Shown: positions 18,863 through 27,480, counted from the first letter of the stretch. The stretch is DNA of 64,000 nt from Clostridia bacterium (GCA_017396365.1 JAFQMD010000035.1:2417-66416); one strand, 5' to 3'. The notes: generated from the letters alone by a model not told the origin. Translations and numbers: made by a program.

Positions 18863-20595
18863 AAAAAGGCGTTATAAAAAGACTTTGGGCTTACGTCGGG
18901 AAATACCGTTTTGCATTTATAATTTCTCTGTTTACGTCGCTAATTTGCGTTGCGGGGCAGTTGTATCTTCCAATACTTTTTGGAAAGGCAACCGACCTTA
19001 TAGTTGGAAAGGGGCAAGTGGACTTAGCAGGCATTGTTAAAATCGGAATAACTGGGGCTATAAGCGCTTTAATCGCAGGTTTTGCGCAATGGATAACCGA
19101 CGCTATATGTACGGTAATTGCTAACGGAGTAGTTAAAAATTTAAGAAAAGACGCGTTTGAAAAGTTGCAAAAAGTCAAACTTTCGTATTTAGATAAGAGG
19201 GCTGTAGGCGACGTTTTAAGCGTTGAAATAAGTGATACCGAAAAGATTTCCGAAGGTTTACTTTTGGGTTTTTCAAAACTTTTTACAGGTGTTATGACTA
19301 TCGTAGGAACTTTAATTTTTATGATAACCATAAATCCTATAATAGCGTTAGTCGTAGTCGTTTTAACCCCCGTTTCTCTTTTCGTTGCAAAGTTTATTAC
19401 CGGTAAGACGTATAAATTTTTTAAAAGGCAGTCCGAAATATCGGGTAGTCAAACGGGCTTGATTGAAGAGAGCATAAGCAATCTTCAAACGGTAAAAGCC
19501 TATTCTATGGAAGAAGAGTTTACTAAAAAATTTAGTGGAATAAACGACGATTTAAAAAAGACGTCGTTTAAGGCGGTCTTTTTCTCGTCGCTAACTAACC
19601 CGTGTACGAGATTTGTAAACTCGCTCGTTTATTCAGCGGTAGCCTTTTCAGGCGCTATGCTCGCCCTATATTTTGGGCAAGGACTTTTCGCAGTTACGGC
19701 AGGTTCAATTTTGGCTTTGCTTAGTTACGCGAATAGATATACAAAGCCGTTTAACGAAATATCTTCGGTTATGACCGAACTTAGCGGAGCGACCGCTTGC
19801 GCCCAACGAACGTTTGAACTTATGGATGCCGAGAGTGAAGTTGACGACGGTAAAATTACACTAAAAAGCGCGTGTGGAAACGTTAAAATTAAAGACGTAA
19901 GTTTTTCATATTCGCCCGATAAACGACTTATAGAGGGGTTTAACTTAAACGTTTCAAAAGGTCAAAAGGTTGCAATCGTCGGACCTACGGGGTGTGGAAA
20001 AACTACGCTTATAAATCTTTTAATGAGATTTTATGAGATTGACGACGGGCTAATTTCGGTTGACGGAATAGACGTTAAAGATATTTCAAAGTCGTCGCTT
20101 AGAACTTCTTACGGTATGGTTTTACAAGACACTTGGATAAGAAACGCAACCGTAAAAGACAATATAAAAATCGGCAATCCAAGCGCGACGGATGAAGATA
20201 TTATTACTGCAAGTAAAAAAGCGCACGCGCACGGTTTTATAAAAAGATTAGAAAAAGGTTACGATACAAAAATAAGTGAAAATTCGCTTTCGCAAGGACA
20301 AAAGCAACTTTTGTGCATTGCAAGAGTTATGCTTTCACTTCCAGAAATGCTCATATTAGACGAGGCGACTTCTTCGATTGATACGAGAACTGAAATGAAA
20401 ATACAAAGCGCCTTTGACGAACTTACCAAAGATAAGACTTCATTTATCGTTGCGCACCGCCTTTCCACAATCAAAAAAGCAGACGTAATTTTGGTTATGA
20501 AAGACGGAAACGTAATAGAACAAGGCTCTCACGAACAATTATTAAAACAGAAAGGAGTTTATTATCAACTTTACCACAGTCAGTTTGCAAGTTGA
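18859..20595 (+). CDS. ABC exporter half-transporter (TMD-NBD), consensus-site subunit
   Basis: Walker A GPTGCGKTT, Walker B MLILDEATS, atypical signature LSQGQKQ. ATGA overlap with the partner gene. Confidence 0.9.
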   Translation: MKKGVIKRLWAYVGKYRFAFIISLFTSLICVAGQLYLPILFGKATDLIVGKGQVDLAGIVKIGITGAISALIAGFAQWITDAICTVIANGVVKNLRKDAFEKLQKVKLSYLDKRAVGDVLSVEISDTEKISEGLLLGFSKLFTGVMTIVGTLIFMITINPIIALVVVVLTPVSLFVAKFITGKTYKFFKRQSEISGSQTGLIEESISNLQTVKAYSMEEEFTKKFSGINDDLKKTSFKAVFFSSLTNPCTRFVNSLVYSAVAFSGAMLALYFGQGLFAVTAGSILALLSYANRYTKPFNEISSVMTELSGATACAQRTFELMDAESEVDDGKITLKSACGNVKIKDVSFSYSPDKRLIEGFNLNVSKGQKVAIVGPTGCGKTTLINLLMRFYEIDDGLISVDGIDVKDISKSSLRTSYGMVLQDTWIRNATVKDNIKIGNPSATDEDIITASKKAHAHGFIKRLEKGYDTKISENSLSQGQKQLLCIARVMLSLPEMLILDEATSSIDTRTEMKIQSAFDELTKDKTSFIVAHRLSTIKKADVILVMKDGNVIEQGSHEQLLKQKGVYYQLYHSQFAS

Positions 20596-20607
20596 TAACC
20601 ATTTAAA

Positions 20608-21423
20608 ATGAATTACGATCAAAATTTGCACACCCACACGGCGTTTAGCGACGGAAAAGACCAAATGGAAGATATGGTAAAACACGCTATAAAACTTGGG
20701 TTTAAAAGCATAGGTTTTTCTGACCACGCAAATATGGGGTTTGAAGTTACAGGCGCAATGACGAGAGAAAACGTTGCAAAAAGTTTACAGACTTCAAAGG
20801 CTTTAAAAGAAAAGTATAAAGGGCAAATATCCGTCTTTTGCGGACTTGAAAACGACCTGTTCTCAACTCAAGATTTATCGCCTTACGACTACGTTATAGG
20901 CTCTTGCCATTGCCTTATAAAAGACGGGGAAATTATAGAGTTTGACGGCAAGAAAGACCACGTTAAAGGGGTTATAGACAGACTTTTTAACGGAAACGGT
21001 ATGGACTTTGCCGAGTGTTATTACTCTACTTTTTCTCGCCTTGCGGAAACTTCTCGCATAGATATAGTAGGACACGCAGATTTGGTTACTAAGCACTCGG
21101 AGAGAGAGCAGTTTTTCGATTGCGACGGTAAAGCGTATAAAGAGTTTGCTTTAAAAGCGATAAAAAAAGTGTTTGAAAGGTGTCAAGTTTTTGAGATAAA
21201 CACGGGCGCTATTGCAAGGGGATATAAAACTGCGCCGTATCCCGCGCCGTTTATTATGCAAGAATTGAAAAGGTTGGGCGCGAAAATGGTAATTTCATCC
21301 GATTGCCACGATAAAAATTTTTTGGACTGCCAGTTTGATAGCGCGCTATCGTACGCTAAGAGTTTTGGTTTTGACAAAATCTATAAATTCGACGGAAAAT
21401 TCTTCGTAGGATTTGATTTGTAA
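20608..21423 (+). CDS. PHP-family phosphoesterase (histidinol-phosphatase HisJ/HisK-like)
   Basis: N-terminal NLHTHTAFSDGK metal motif, later GFSDH, SCH and GHADL motifs. Confidence 0.7.
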   Translation: MNYDQNLHTHTAFSDGKDQMEDMVKHAIKLGFKSIGFSDHANMGFEVTGAMTRENVAKSLQTSKALKEKYKGQISVFCGLENDLFSTQDLSPYDYVIGSCHCLIKDGEIIEFDGKKDHVKGVIDRLFNGNGMDFAECYYSTFSRLAETSRIDIVGHADLVTKHSEREQFFDCDGKAYKEFALKAIKKVFERCQVFEINTGAIARGYKTAPYPAPFIMQELKRLGAKMVISSDCHDKNFLDCQFDSALSYAKSFGFDKIYKFDGKFFVGFDL

Positions 21424-21443
21424 ATTGAAAAATTACAATCGAA

Positions 21444-21473
21444 TTGACAAAAAGGTCGTTCCTATGATAAAAT
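21444..21473 (+). promoter_or_regulatory. Sigma-A type promoter
   Basis: TTGACA, then an 18-nt spacer, then TGaTAAAAT. Confidence 0.6.
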
Positions 21474-21493
21474 AAAGAAAAAGAGGTAAAAAT

Positions 21494-22135
21494 ATGCCTG
21501 TAGAAAACGTAAAGAAAGTTGCATCAAAAAATTCAAATTTAATGCTTAGAGTTGCTGAAGGTCACTTTGCAACCAGCCATAGCCATATCAATTACTATAT
21601 TGACGTTACTATGCAAAAGACGAGATTGTCAGAAGCAAAAGCCGTTGCCACCGCTTTGGTGTCTTATTATAGAGCGAATACCGTAATCGACACTATTTTA
21701 TGTCTTGACGGAATGCAAGTAGTAGGCACTTGCGTAGCCGACGAACTTACACGTAGCAATTTTATGAATATAAACGCGCACAACACTATTTACGTAATTA
21801 CTCCCGAGCATACTTCGGGCAGTCAACTTCTTTTAAGAGATAACATTGCCCAAGCGGTAAGGGGTAAAAACGTTCTCATTTTGGCGGCGTCGGTTACGAC
21901 GGGTTATACGGCAAGTTCGGCAATCGAAGCCGTTAAATACTACGGTGGAAACGTCGCTGGAGTAAGCGCAATTTTCGCAACGGTTGACGAGTGTATGGGT
22001 TATGAAGTTCATTCAGTTTTCGACCCCAAAGATTTAGGCGAATACGCGTCTTACCCCGCTCATCAATGTCCGCTTTGTAAACAAGGTAAAAAAATAGATG
22101 CGCTTGTGAATAGTTTTGGCTACTCCAAAATTTAA
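21494..22135 (+). CDS. Phosphoribosyltransferase-fold protein with degenerate PRPP loop
   Basis: Type-I PRT layout, but the PRPP loop reads VLILAASVTTGYTA, with no acidic pair. Compare [13 protein letters not shown] in this window's PyrE. There is a C-terminal CPLC. Confidence 0.65.
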   Translation: MPVENVKKVASKNSNLMLRVAEGHFATSHSHINYYIDVTMQKTRLSEAKAVATALVSYYRANTVIDTILCLDGMQVVGTCVADELTRSNFMNINAHNTIYVITPEHTSGSQLLLRDNIAQAVRGKNVLILAASVTTGYTASSAIEAVKYYGGNVAGVSAIFATVDECMGYEVHSVFDPKDLGEYASYPAHQCPLCKQGKKIDALVNSFGYSKI

Positions 22136-22257
22136 AGGCTTATATACTTCGGTATGCTTTGTTTCTACTTTAAGCCCCAAACCACAATGACCAACAAGGT
22201 CTATTGTGCCTTGTGTCTTAAAGTGAGCCTTGCCTACCTCGCATCTAAGCCTTTAAA
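22131..22257 (+). repeat. 127-nt long-hairpin element, copy A1
   Basis: 12-bp terminal inverted repeat TTTAAAGGCTTA / TAAGCCTTTAAA. Nested helices: GGTATGC/GCCTACC, ACTTTAAG/CTTAAAGT, CACAAT/ATTGTG, GACC-aacaa-GGTC. The TAA stop of the upstream gene lies inside the left repeat. Confidence 0.9.
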
Positions 22258-22320
22258 TGCTACTCGATAGGGGTATGAAAAAAACGGATGCAACGTCACG
22301 TTGCTCTATCCCATCCGTAA

Positions 22321-22362
22321 AAGTCTTACGAGCCTTGGCTAACTCGCATCTAAGCCTTTAAA
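22321..22362 (+). repeat. 3'-arm remnant of the hairpin element
   Basis: AAGTCTTACGAGCCTTGGCTAACTCGCATCTAAGCCTTTAAA matches the 3' arm of the 32008 copy. Confidence 0.75.
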
Positions 22363-22365
22363 TAC

Positions 22366-22492
22366 TTTAAAGTCTTATATACTTCGGTATGCTTTGTTTC
22401 TACTTTAAGCCCCAAACCACAATGACCAACAAGGTCTATTGTGCCTTGTGTCTTAAAGTGAGCCTCGCCTACCTCGCATCTAAGCCTTTAAA
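22366..22492 (+). repeat. 127-nt long-hairpin element, copy A2
   Basis: Differs from A1 at 2 of 127 positions. It lies 235 nt downstream of A1. Confidence 0.9.
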
Positions 22493-22600
22493 TGCTACTC
22501 GATAGGGGTATAGAAAAACACGTCTGCAACGTCACGTTGCTCAATCAAACCCTTGTCAATAAAATTGTCCTATCCTAACTCATTTCAAATATTAACCATA

Positions 22601-22632
22601 ATAAAAGCGTTGGCACTAAAAATTGCCAACGC
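22601..22632 (-). terminator. Terminator of the small Zn-ribbon gene
   Basis: GCGTTGGCA / TGCCAACGC hairpin, followed by TTTTAT on the minus strand. Confidence 0.7.
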
Positions 22633-22650
22633 CTTTAAATTTATGTGATT

Positions 22651-22887
22651 TTATTCGTGAATTTCCCAGTCGTACCCACTCCAAGTCATATACCGTATCT
22701 TTTTACTACAAGCGGGGCATTTTATTACGAAATAATCGTCGTCAAAGCCTGGAACTATATGGTATTCAATTCTACCCTTTCCGCAAAGACATTTATACTC
22801 CGTAACGCGTGTCGCCACGTTTGCTCCTTTTGGTAAATCTTCTCTTCTGTCTATCTTTTCAGTAGGTTGAATAGTTCTGCTAGCCAT
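22651..22887 (-). CDS. Small four-cysteine (zinc-ribbon-like) protein
   Basis: CLCG ... CPAC pairs, AAAGGAGAAA RBS, own terminator. Confidence 0.5.
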   Translation of the reverse strand: MASRTIQPTEKIDRREDLPKGANVATRVTEYKCLCGKGRIEYHIVPGFDDDYFVIKCPACSKKIRYMTWSGYDWEIHE

Positions 22888-22988
22888 ATGTTTCTCCTTT
22901 GACCTAATTTAAGCAAATTATATCATTTAAAAGTTGTTAAGTCAACGCAAAAAGGTTAAAAATTTTGACTTATATATGAAATATATAA

Positions 22989-23017
22989 TTGACAAGACGG
23001 CTTATATTTGCTATAAT
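22989..23017 (+). promoter_or_regulatory. Sigma-A type promoter of the pyr operon
   Basis: TTGACA, then a 17-nt spacer, then TATAAT, about 33 nt before the pyrC ATG. Confidence 0.7.
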
Positions 23018-23049
23018 ATCCCCAATAACCAAAGAAAGAGGTAGCCAAA

Positions 23050-24273
23050 ATGGGAACTTTTGTATCAAAGGTAACTGCAAACAAGTCTGCATTACAAGCT
23101 TTAAACGGTTGTTACAAAGGTTTTTCTTTTGATTTTGGCGCATTATCTTCTAAAATTGACGATTTAGTTATTTTTCCCGGTTTTTGCGACGTGCACGTGC
23201 ATTTTCGTGAGCCGGGTTTTTTTTATAAAGAAAGCATTGAAACGGGTTCAAAATGTGGCGCAAGGGGCGGTTATACGGCGGTTTGCACTATGCCAAATTT
23301 AAACCCCGTACCAGACAGCGTTGAAAATTTAAAAATTCAGTTAGACCTTATAGAAAAATCTTCGGTAATAAACGTCTATCCGTACGGCTCGATAACCGTA
23401 GGGCAAAAGGGCGAAATTCTTGCCGATTTAGACGGGATGAAAGATTTAGCGATTGCTTTTTCGGACGACGGGCGAGGCGTTCAGTCTGACGAAATGATGC
23501 AAACTGCAATGAAAAAGGCAAAGGCTCTCGGTAAAATGATAGTTGCCCATTGCGAAGTCAACTCGCTTTTAAAGGGCGGATATATTCACGACGGGGAGTA
23601 TTGCAAAACCCACGGACATAAAGGTATATGTTCTGCAAGCGAATACGAACAAATTGCTCGCGACTTAAAACTCGTTGAAAAAATCGGTTGTTCGTACCAC
23701 GTTTGCCACATATCGACAAAGGAAAGCGTCGAACTTATAAGGCAGGCAAAAGCGCGTGGGCTTGACGTGAGTTGTGAAACCGCGCCACACTATCTCGTTT
23801 TAGACGACGGCGACTTGCAAGAGGACGGCAAGTTTAAAATGAATCCGCCACTTCGAGGAGTAGAAGACAGGCTTGCGTTAATCGAAGGGATAAAAGACGG
23901 AACGATAGATATGATTGCAACCGACCACGCCCCTCACTCGAAAGAAGAGAAGTCTAGAGGGCTTTCGGGTAGCGCGTTTGGAATAGTAGGGCTTGAAACG
24001 GCGTTTGCGGTATGCTATACGAAACTTGTAAAAACGGGCGTGATTACGCTTGAAAAACTTATAGATTTACTTGCTATAAATCCGAGAAAACGCTTTAATA
24101 TCCCACTTGGAAACGATTTTTCGGTTTGGGATTTAAATAGATGTTTCACGGTAAACCCTGAAGAATTTTTATCAAAAGGTAGGGCGACTCCGTTTGAGGG
24201 TGAAGAACTTTTCGGCGTGAATTTAATGACGGTAGTAGATGGAAAAACCGTATATTTAGAAAAGAAAATTTGA
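23050..24273 (+). CDS. pyrC: Dihydroorotase
   Basis: DVHVHFREPG metal motif and DHAPH near the C-terminus. pyr operon context. Confidence 0.9.
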   Translation: MGTFVSKVTANKSALQALNGCYKGFSFDFGALSSKIDDLVIFPGFCDVHVHFREPGFFYKESIETGSKCGARGGYTAVCTMPNLNPVPDSVENLKIQLDLIEKSSVINVYPYGSITVGQKGEILADLDGMKDLAIAFSDDGRGVQSDEMMQTAMKKAKALGKMIVAHCEVNSLLKGGYIHDGEYCKTHGHKGICSASEYEQIARDLKLVEKIGCSYHVCHISTKESVELIRQAKARGLDVSCETAPHYLVLDDGDLQEDGKFKMNPPLRGVEDRLALIEGIKDGTIDMIATDHAPHSKEEKSRGLSGSAFGIVGLETAFAVCYTKLVKTGVITLEKLIDLLAINPRKRFNIPLGNDFSVWDLNRCFTVNPEEFLSKGRATPFEGEELFGVNLMTVVDGKTVYLEKKI

Positions 24274-24298
24274 TTTTTATATAAACAGGAGACGAAAA

Positions 24299-27200
24299 AT
24301 GGCAAAGAGAACAGACTTAAAAAAGATTTTGATAATCGGTTCAGGTCCTATAGTTATAGGACAGGCGGCGGAATTCGACTATGCTGGAACTCAAGCGTGT
24401 CTTGCGCTGAAAGAAGAAGGTTACGAAGTCGTACTCGTAAACTCTAACCCCGCTACGATTATGACCGACACAACCATTGCCGACAAGGTATATATGGAAC
24501 CTTTGACGCTTGAATACATTGCGAAAATTCTCCGCTTTGAAAGACCTGACGCAATAGTTCCGGGTATCGGCGGACAGACGGGGCTTAACCTTGCAATGCA
24601 ACTTGAAAAGAAGGGCGTTTTAAAAGAATGTAGAGTAGAACTTTTAGGTACGAGTAGTGAGAGTATCGAAAGGGCTGAAGATAGAGAGTTGTTTAAAGAA
24701 CTTTGTCAATCTATCGGCGAGCCTACTATTCCGTCTGAGATAACCTACGATTTAGAAGAGGCTAAAAAGGCTGCTAAAAAAATCGGTTATCCCGTAGTTC
24801 TTCGTCCTGCGTTTACTCTCGGTGGAACGGGTGGCGGTTTTGCAAACGACGAAAAAGAACTTGTCGAAATCGGTCGCAACGCCTTTAAACTTTCTCCGGT
24901 TCATCAAGTTCTTATTGAGAAGAGCGTAAAGGGTTATAAAGAAATTGAATTTGAAGTTATGCGTGACGGAGCGGACAAAGCCATCACCATTTGCGGTATG
25001 GAAAACGTTGATCCCGTAGGCGTTCACACGGGCGATTCGGTAGTAGTTGCTCCTATTCTTTCCTTAAGCGATAAAGACCTTAAAATGCTTAACGACAGCG
25101 CGATTAAGATTATTAGGGAACTTAAAATCGAGGGCGGATGTAACGTTCAATTTGCATTGAATCCAACCACGAGCGAATATTATCTTATTGAAGTAAACCC
25201 AAGAGTTTCACGTTCGTCGGCTCTTGCGTCGAAAGCCAGCGGATATCCTATTGCAAGGGTAACTGCAAAAATCGCCGTAGGTATGACTTTAGATGAAATT
25301 CAAGTTGCAGGCACGACCGCAGATCACGAGCCAAGGCTTGATTATATAGTTGCAAAATTCCCAAGATTCCCGTTTGATAAATTTACGCAAGCGTCAAATC
25401 AACTCGGCACGCAAATGAAAGCGACGGGTGAAGTTATGGGTATCGGTTCGACCTTAGACGAGTGTATGCTTAAGTCTGTTCGTTCACTCGAAATAGGCGT
25501 AAACCACCTTTACCTTGCAAAATTCGACTCCTATTCAACAGAAGAACTTTTAGAATATTTAGCGGAGTTTAAGTCGGATAATATCTTTGCCGTTACCGAA
25601 CTTTTACGCCGTGGCGTATCAATCGAAAAACTACACGAAGTTACAAAAATTACCGAACTTTTCTTAGAGTGCTTTAAGCGTATCGTAGATATGGAAAACG
25701 TCTTAAAAGATAAAAAAGGCGATTTAGGTGCTCTCCGCTTAGCAAAACAACTCGGTTTTTCAGACCCGTATATTGCAAAACTTTGGGGTGTTAAAGAAAT
25801 TGAAATTTACAATTTAAGAAAGCAAAACGGCATAAAACCCGTATTCAGAATGGTTGATACTCTTTATAGCGGAGCGTATATTCCGTATTTCTACTCTTCG
25901 TATATGGGTGAAAACGCGTCTATTCTTACCGATAAGCAAAAGGCGGTCGTTTTGGGCGCAGGTCCTATTAGAATAGGTCAAGGCGTAGAGTTTGACTATT
26001 CTACCGTTCACTCCGTTCAAACGATTAAAAAATCGGGCTATGAGGCGATTATCATCAATAATAACCCAGAAACCGTTTCTACCGACTATACGACAGCGGA
26101 CAAACTTTACTTCGAGCCGTTAACGCCTGAAGACGTTATGAACATAATAGAATTTGAAAATCCCGAAGGCGTAATCGCATCTCTCGGTGGTCAAACTGCA
26201 ATAAATTTGGCTCAACCGCTTATGGATAGGGGCGTTAAAATTATCGGAACGGATTGCGACGCTATTGACAAGGCTGAAAATAGAGACAGATTTGAAAAAT
26301 TATTAAAAGATTTAAATATTCCACAACCAGAGGGAAGAGCGGTTACCAAGATTGAAGACGGCGTTGCCGCTGCGGCAAAAATCGGATATCCCGTACTCGT
26401 AAGACCTAGTTTCGTTTTAGGTGGTAGAGCAATGCAAATCGTTTCTAACGAGGCTCAACTTCGCCACTACTTAAAAACCGCCGTTGAAATCGACGAAGAT
26501 AAACCCGTTTTGGTTGACAAATACATAATCGGTAAAGAAGTGGAAATCGACGCAATTTGCGACGGTAGGGACGTTTTCGTTCCGGGTATTATGGAACTCG
26601 TTGAAAGAACGGGTATTCACTCGGGCGACTCGATAAGCGTATATCCAACCTTTAGTATTTCCAACAAAGTTAAAGGCACTATACTTCAATACGCTAAAAA
26701 ACTCGGCGTAGGTATCGGCATAAAAGGTCTTTACAATATTCAGTTTATCGTAGATAAAGACGACAAAGTGTTTATTATCGAAGTTAATCCGAGATCTTCA
26801 AGAACAGTTCCGTTCCTTTCAAAAGCAACGGGATACAGTTTAGCCGATATTGCGACGGAAGTTATTATGGGAAAAACCTTAAAAGAACAAGGTATTTTCG
26901 ATATCTATCCCGAAGAAAAGAAGAGATGGTACGTAAAAGTTCCAGTTTTCTCTTTCAACAAAATTAGAGGACTTGACGCATACCTTTCACCTGAAATGAA
27001 ATCGACGGGTGAGGCTATCGGCTACGACGACAAGTTAAACAGAGCGCTTTACAAGGCGTTGCAAGCGTCGGGAATGCATCTTCAAAATTACGGAACTGTA
27101 TTCGCTACTATTGCAGACAAAGATAAAGAAGAGGCTCTTCCGCTTATTCGCCGTTTCTACAATCTCGGTTTTAACATTGAGGCGACTGAAGGAACTGCAA

Positions 27201-27469
27201 AATTCTTAAAGCAAAACGGAATAAGAACGCACGTTCTTAAAAAGATTGAAGAAAGCGACGAAATTTTCGATTCTATTCGTCAAGGTCATATTGCTTACGT
27301 TATCAACACGAGTAACGTCGGCTCTACTGCATCTCAATCTGACGGCTATCAAATAAGAAAATACGCAATCGAATCCAACGTAACTCTTTTCTCGTCGCTC
27401 GATACCGTAAAGGTTTTACTCGACGTATTAGAAGAGACTACGCTTTGTATTTCGACTATAGATTCTTGA
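24299..27469 (+). CDS. carB: Carbamoyl-phosphate synthase large subunit
   Basis: 1056 aa with duplicated ATP-grasp halves (IIGSGPIVIGQAAEFDYAG and VLGAGPIRIGQGVEFDY) and a C-terminal MGS-like domain. Confidence 0.95.
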   Translation: MAKRTDLKKILIIGSGPIVIGQAAEFDYAGTQACLALKEEGYEVVLVNSNPATIMTDTTIADKVYMEPLTLEYIAKILRFERPDAIVPGIGGQTGLNLAMQLEKKGVLKECRVELLGTSSESIERAEDRELFKELCQSIGEPTIPSEITYDLEEAKKAAKKIGYPVVLRPAFTLGGTGGGFANDEKELVEIGRNAFKLSPVHQVLIEKSVKGYKEIEFEVMRDGADKAITICGMENVDPVGVHTGDSVVVAPILSLSDKDLKMLNDSAIKIIRELKIEGGCNVQFALNPTTSEYYLIEVNPRVSRSSALASKASGYPIARVTAKIAVGMTLDEIQVAGTTADHEPRLDYIVAKFPRFPFDKFTQASNQLGTQMKATGEVMGIGSTLDECMLKSVRSLEIGVNHLYLAKFDSYSTEELLEYLAEFKSDNIFAVTELLRRGVSIEKLHEVTKITELFLECFKRIVDMENVLKDKKGDLGALRLAKQLGFSDPYIAKLWGVKEIEIYNLRKQNGIKPVFRMVDTLYSGAYIPYFYSSYMGENASILTDKQKAVVLGAGPIRIGQGVEFDYSTVHSVQTIKKSGYEAIIINNNPETVSTDYTTADKLYFEPLTPEDVMNIIEFENPEGVIASLGGQTAINLAQPLMDRGVKIIGTDCDAIDKAENRDRFEKLLKDLNIPQPEGRAVTKIEDGVAAAAKIGYPVLVRPSFVLGGRAMQIVSNEAQLRHYLKTAVEIDEDKPVLVDKYIIGKEVEIDAICDGRDVFVPGIMELVERTGIHSGDSISVYPTFSISNKVKGTILQYAKKLGVGIGIKGLYNIQFIVDKDDKVFIIEVNPRSSRTVPFLSKATGYSLADIATEVIMGKTLKEQGIFDIYPEEKKRWYVKVPVFSFNKIRGLDAYLSPEMKSTGEAIGYDDKLNRALYKALQASGMHLQNYGTVFATIADKDKEEALPLIRRFYNLGFNIEATEGTAKFLKQNGIRTHVLKKIEESDEIFDSIRQGHIAYVINTSNVGSTASQSDGYQIRKYAIESNVTLFSSLDTVKVLLDVLEETTLCISTIDS

Positions 27470-27480
27470 TTTGGTGAAAA

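Noticed and set aside
22131-22257. Hairpin elements acting as ordinary rho-independent terminators
   Set aside because: None of the full copies is followed by a T-run; each ends in TTTAAA plus mixed sequence. Copies also sit inside operons upstream of genes that must be expressed (pyrE, purE).
22131-22541. Whether the tandem repeats are a CRISPR array
   Set aside because: The repeat units are 127-176 nt and are themselves long hairpins. There are only two units, the intervening sequence is itself a repeat remnant, and no cas genes are in the window.
22888-23049. A PyrR-type attenuator or other leader upstream of pyrC
   Set aside because: The predicted promoter leaves only about 30 nt of leader. 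I saw no PyrR binding-loop sequence and no terminator/antiterminator pair.
24341-26689. Minus-strand ORFs inside carB, and analogous antisense ORFs inside purL, purM, purH, fhs, guaB, guaA, pyrD, the ABC genes and others
   Set aside because: They sit entirely within long, motif-rich genes on the other strand, and their translations show no recognisable features.
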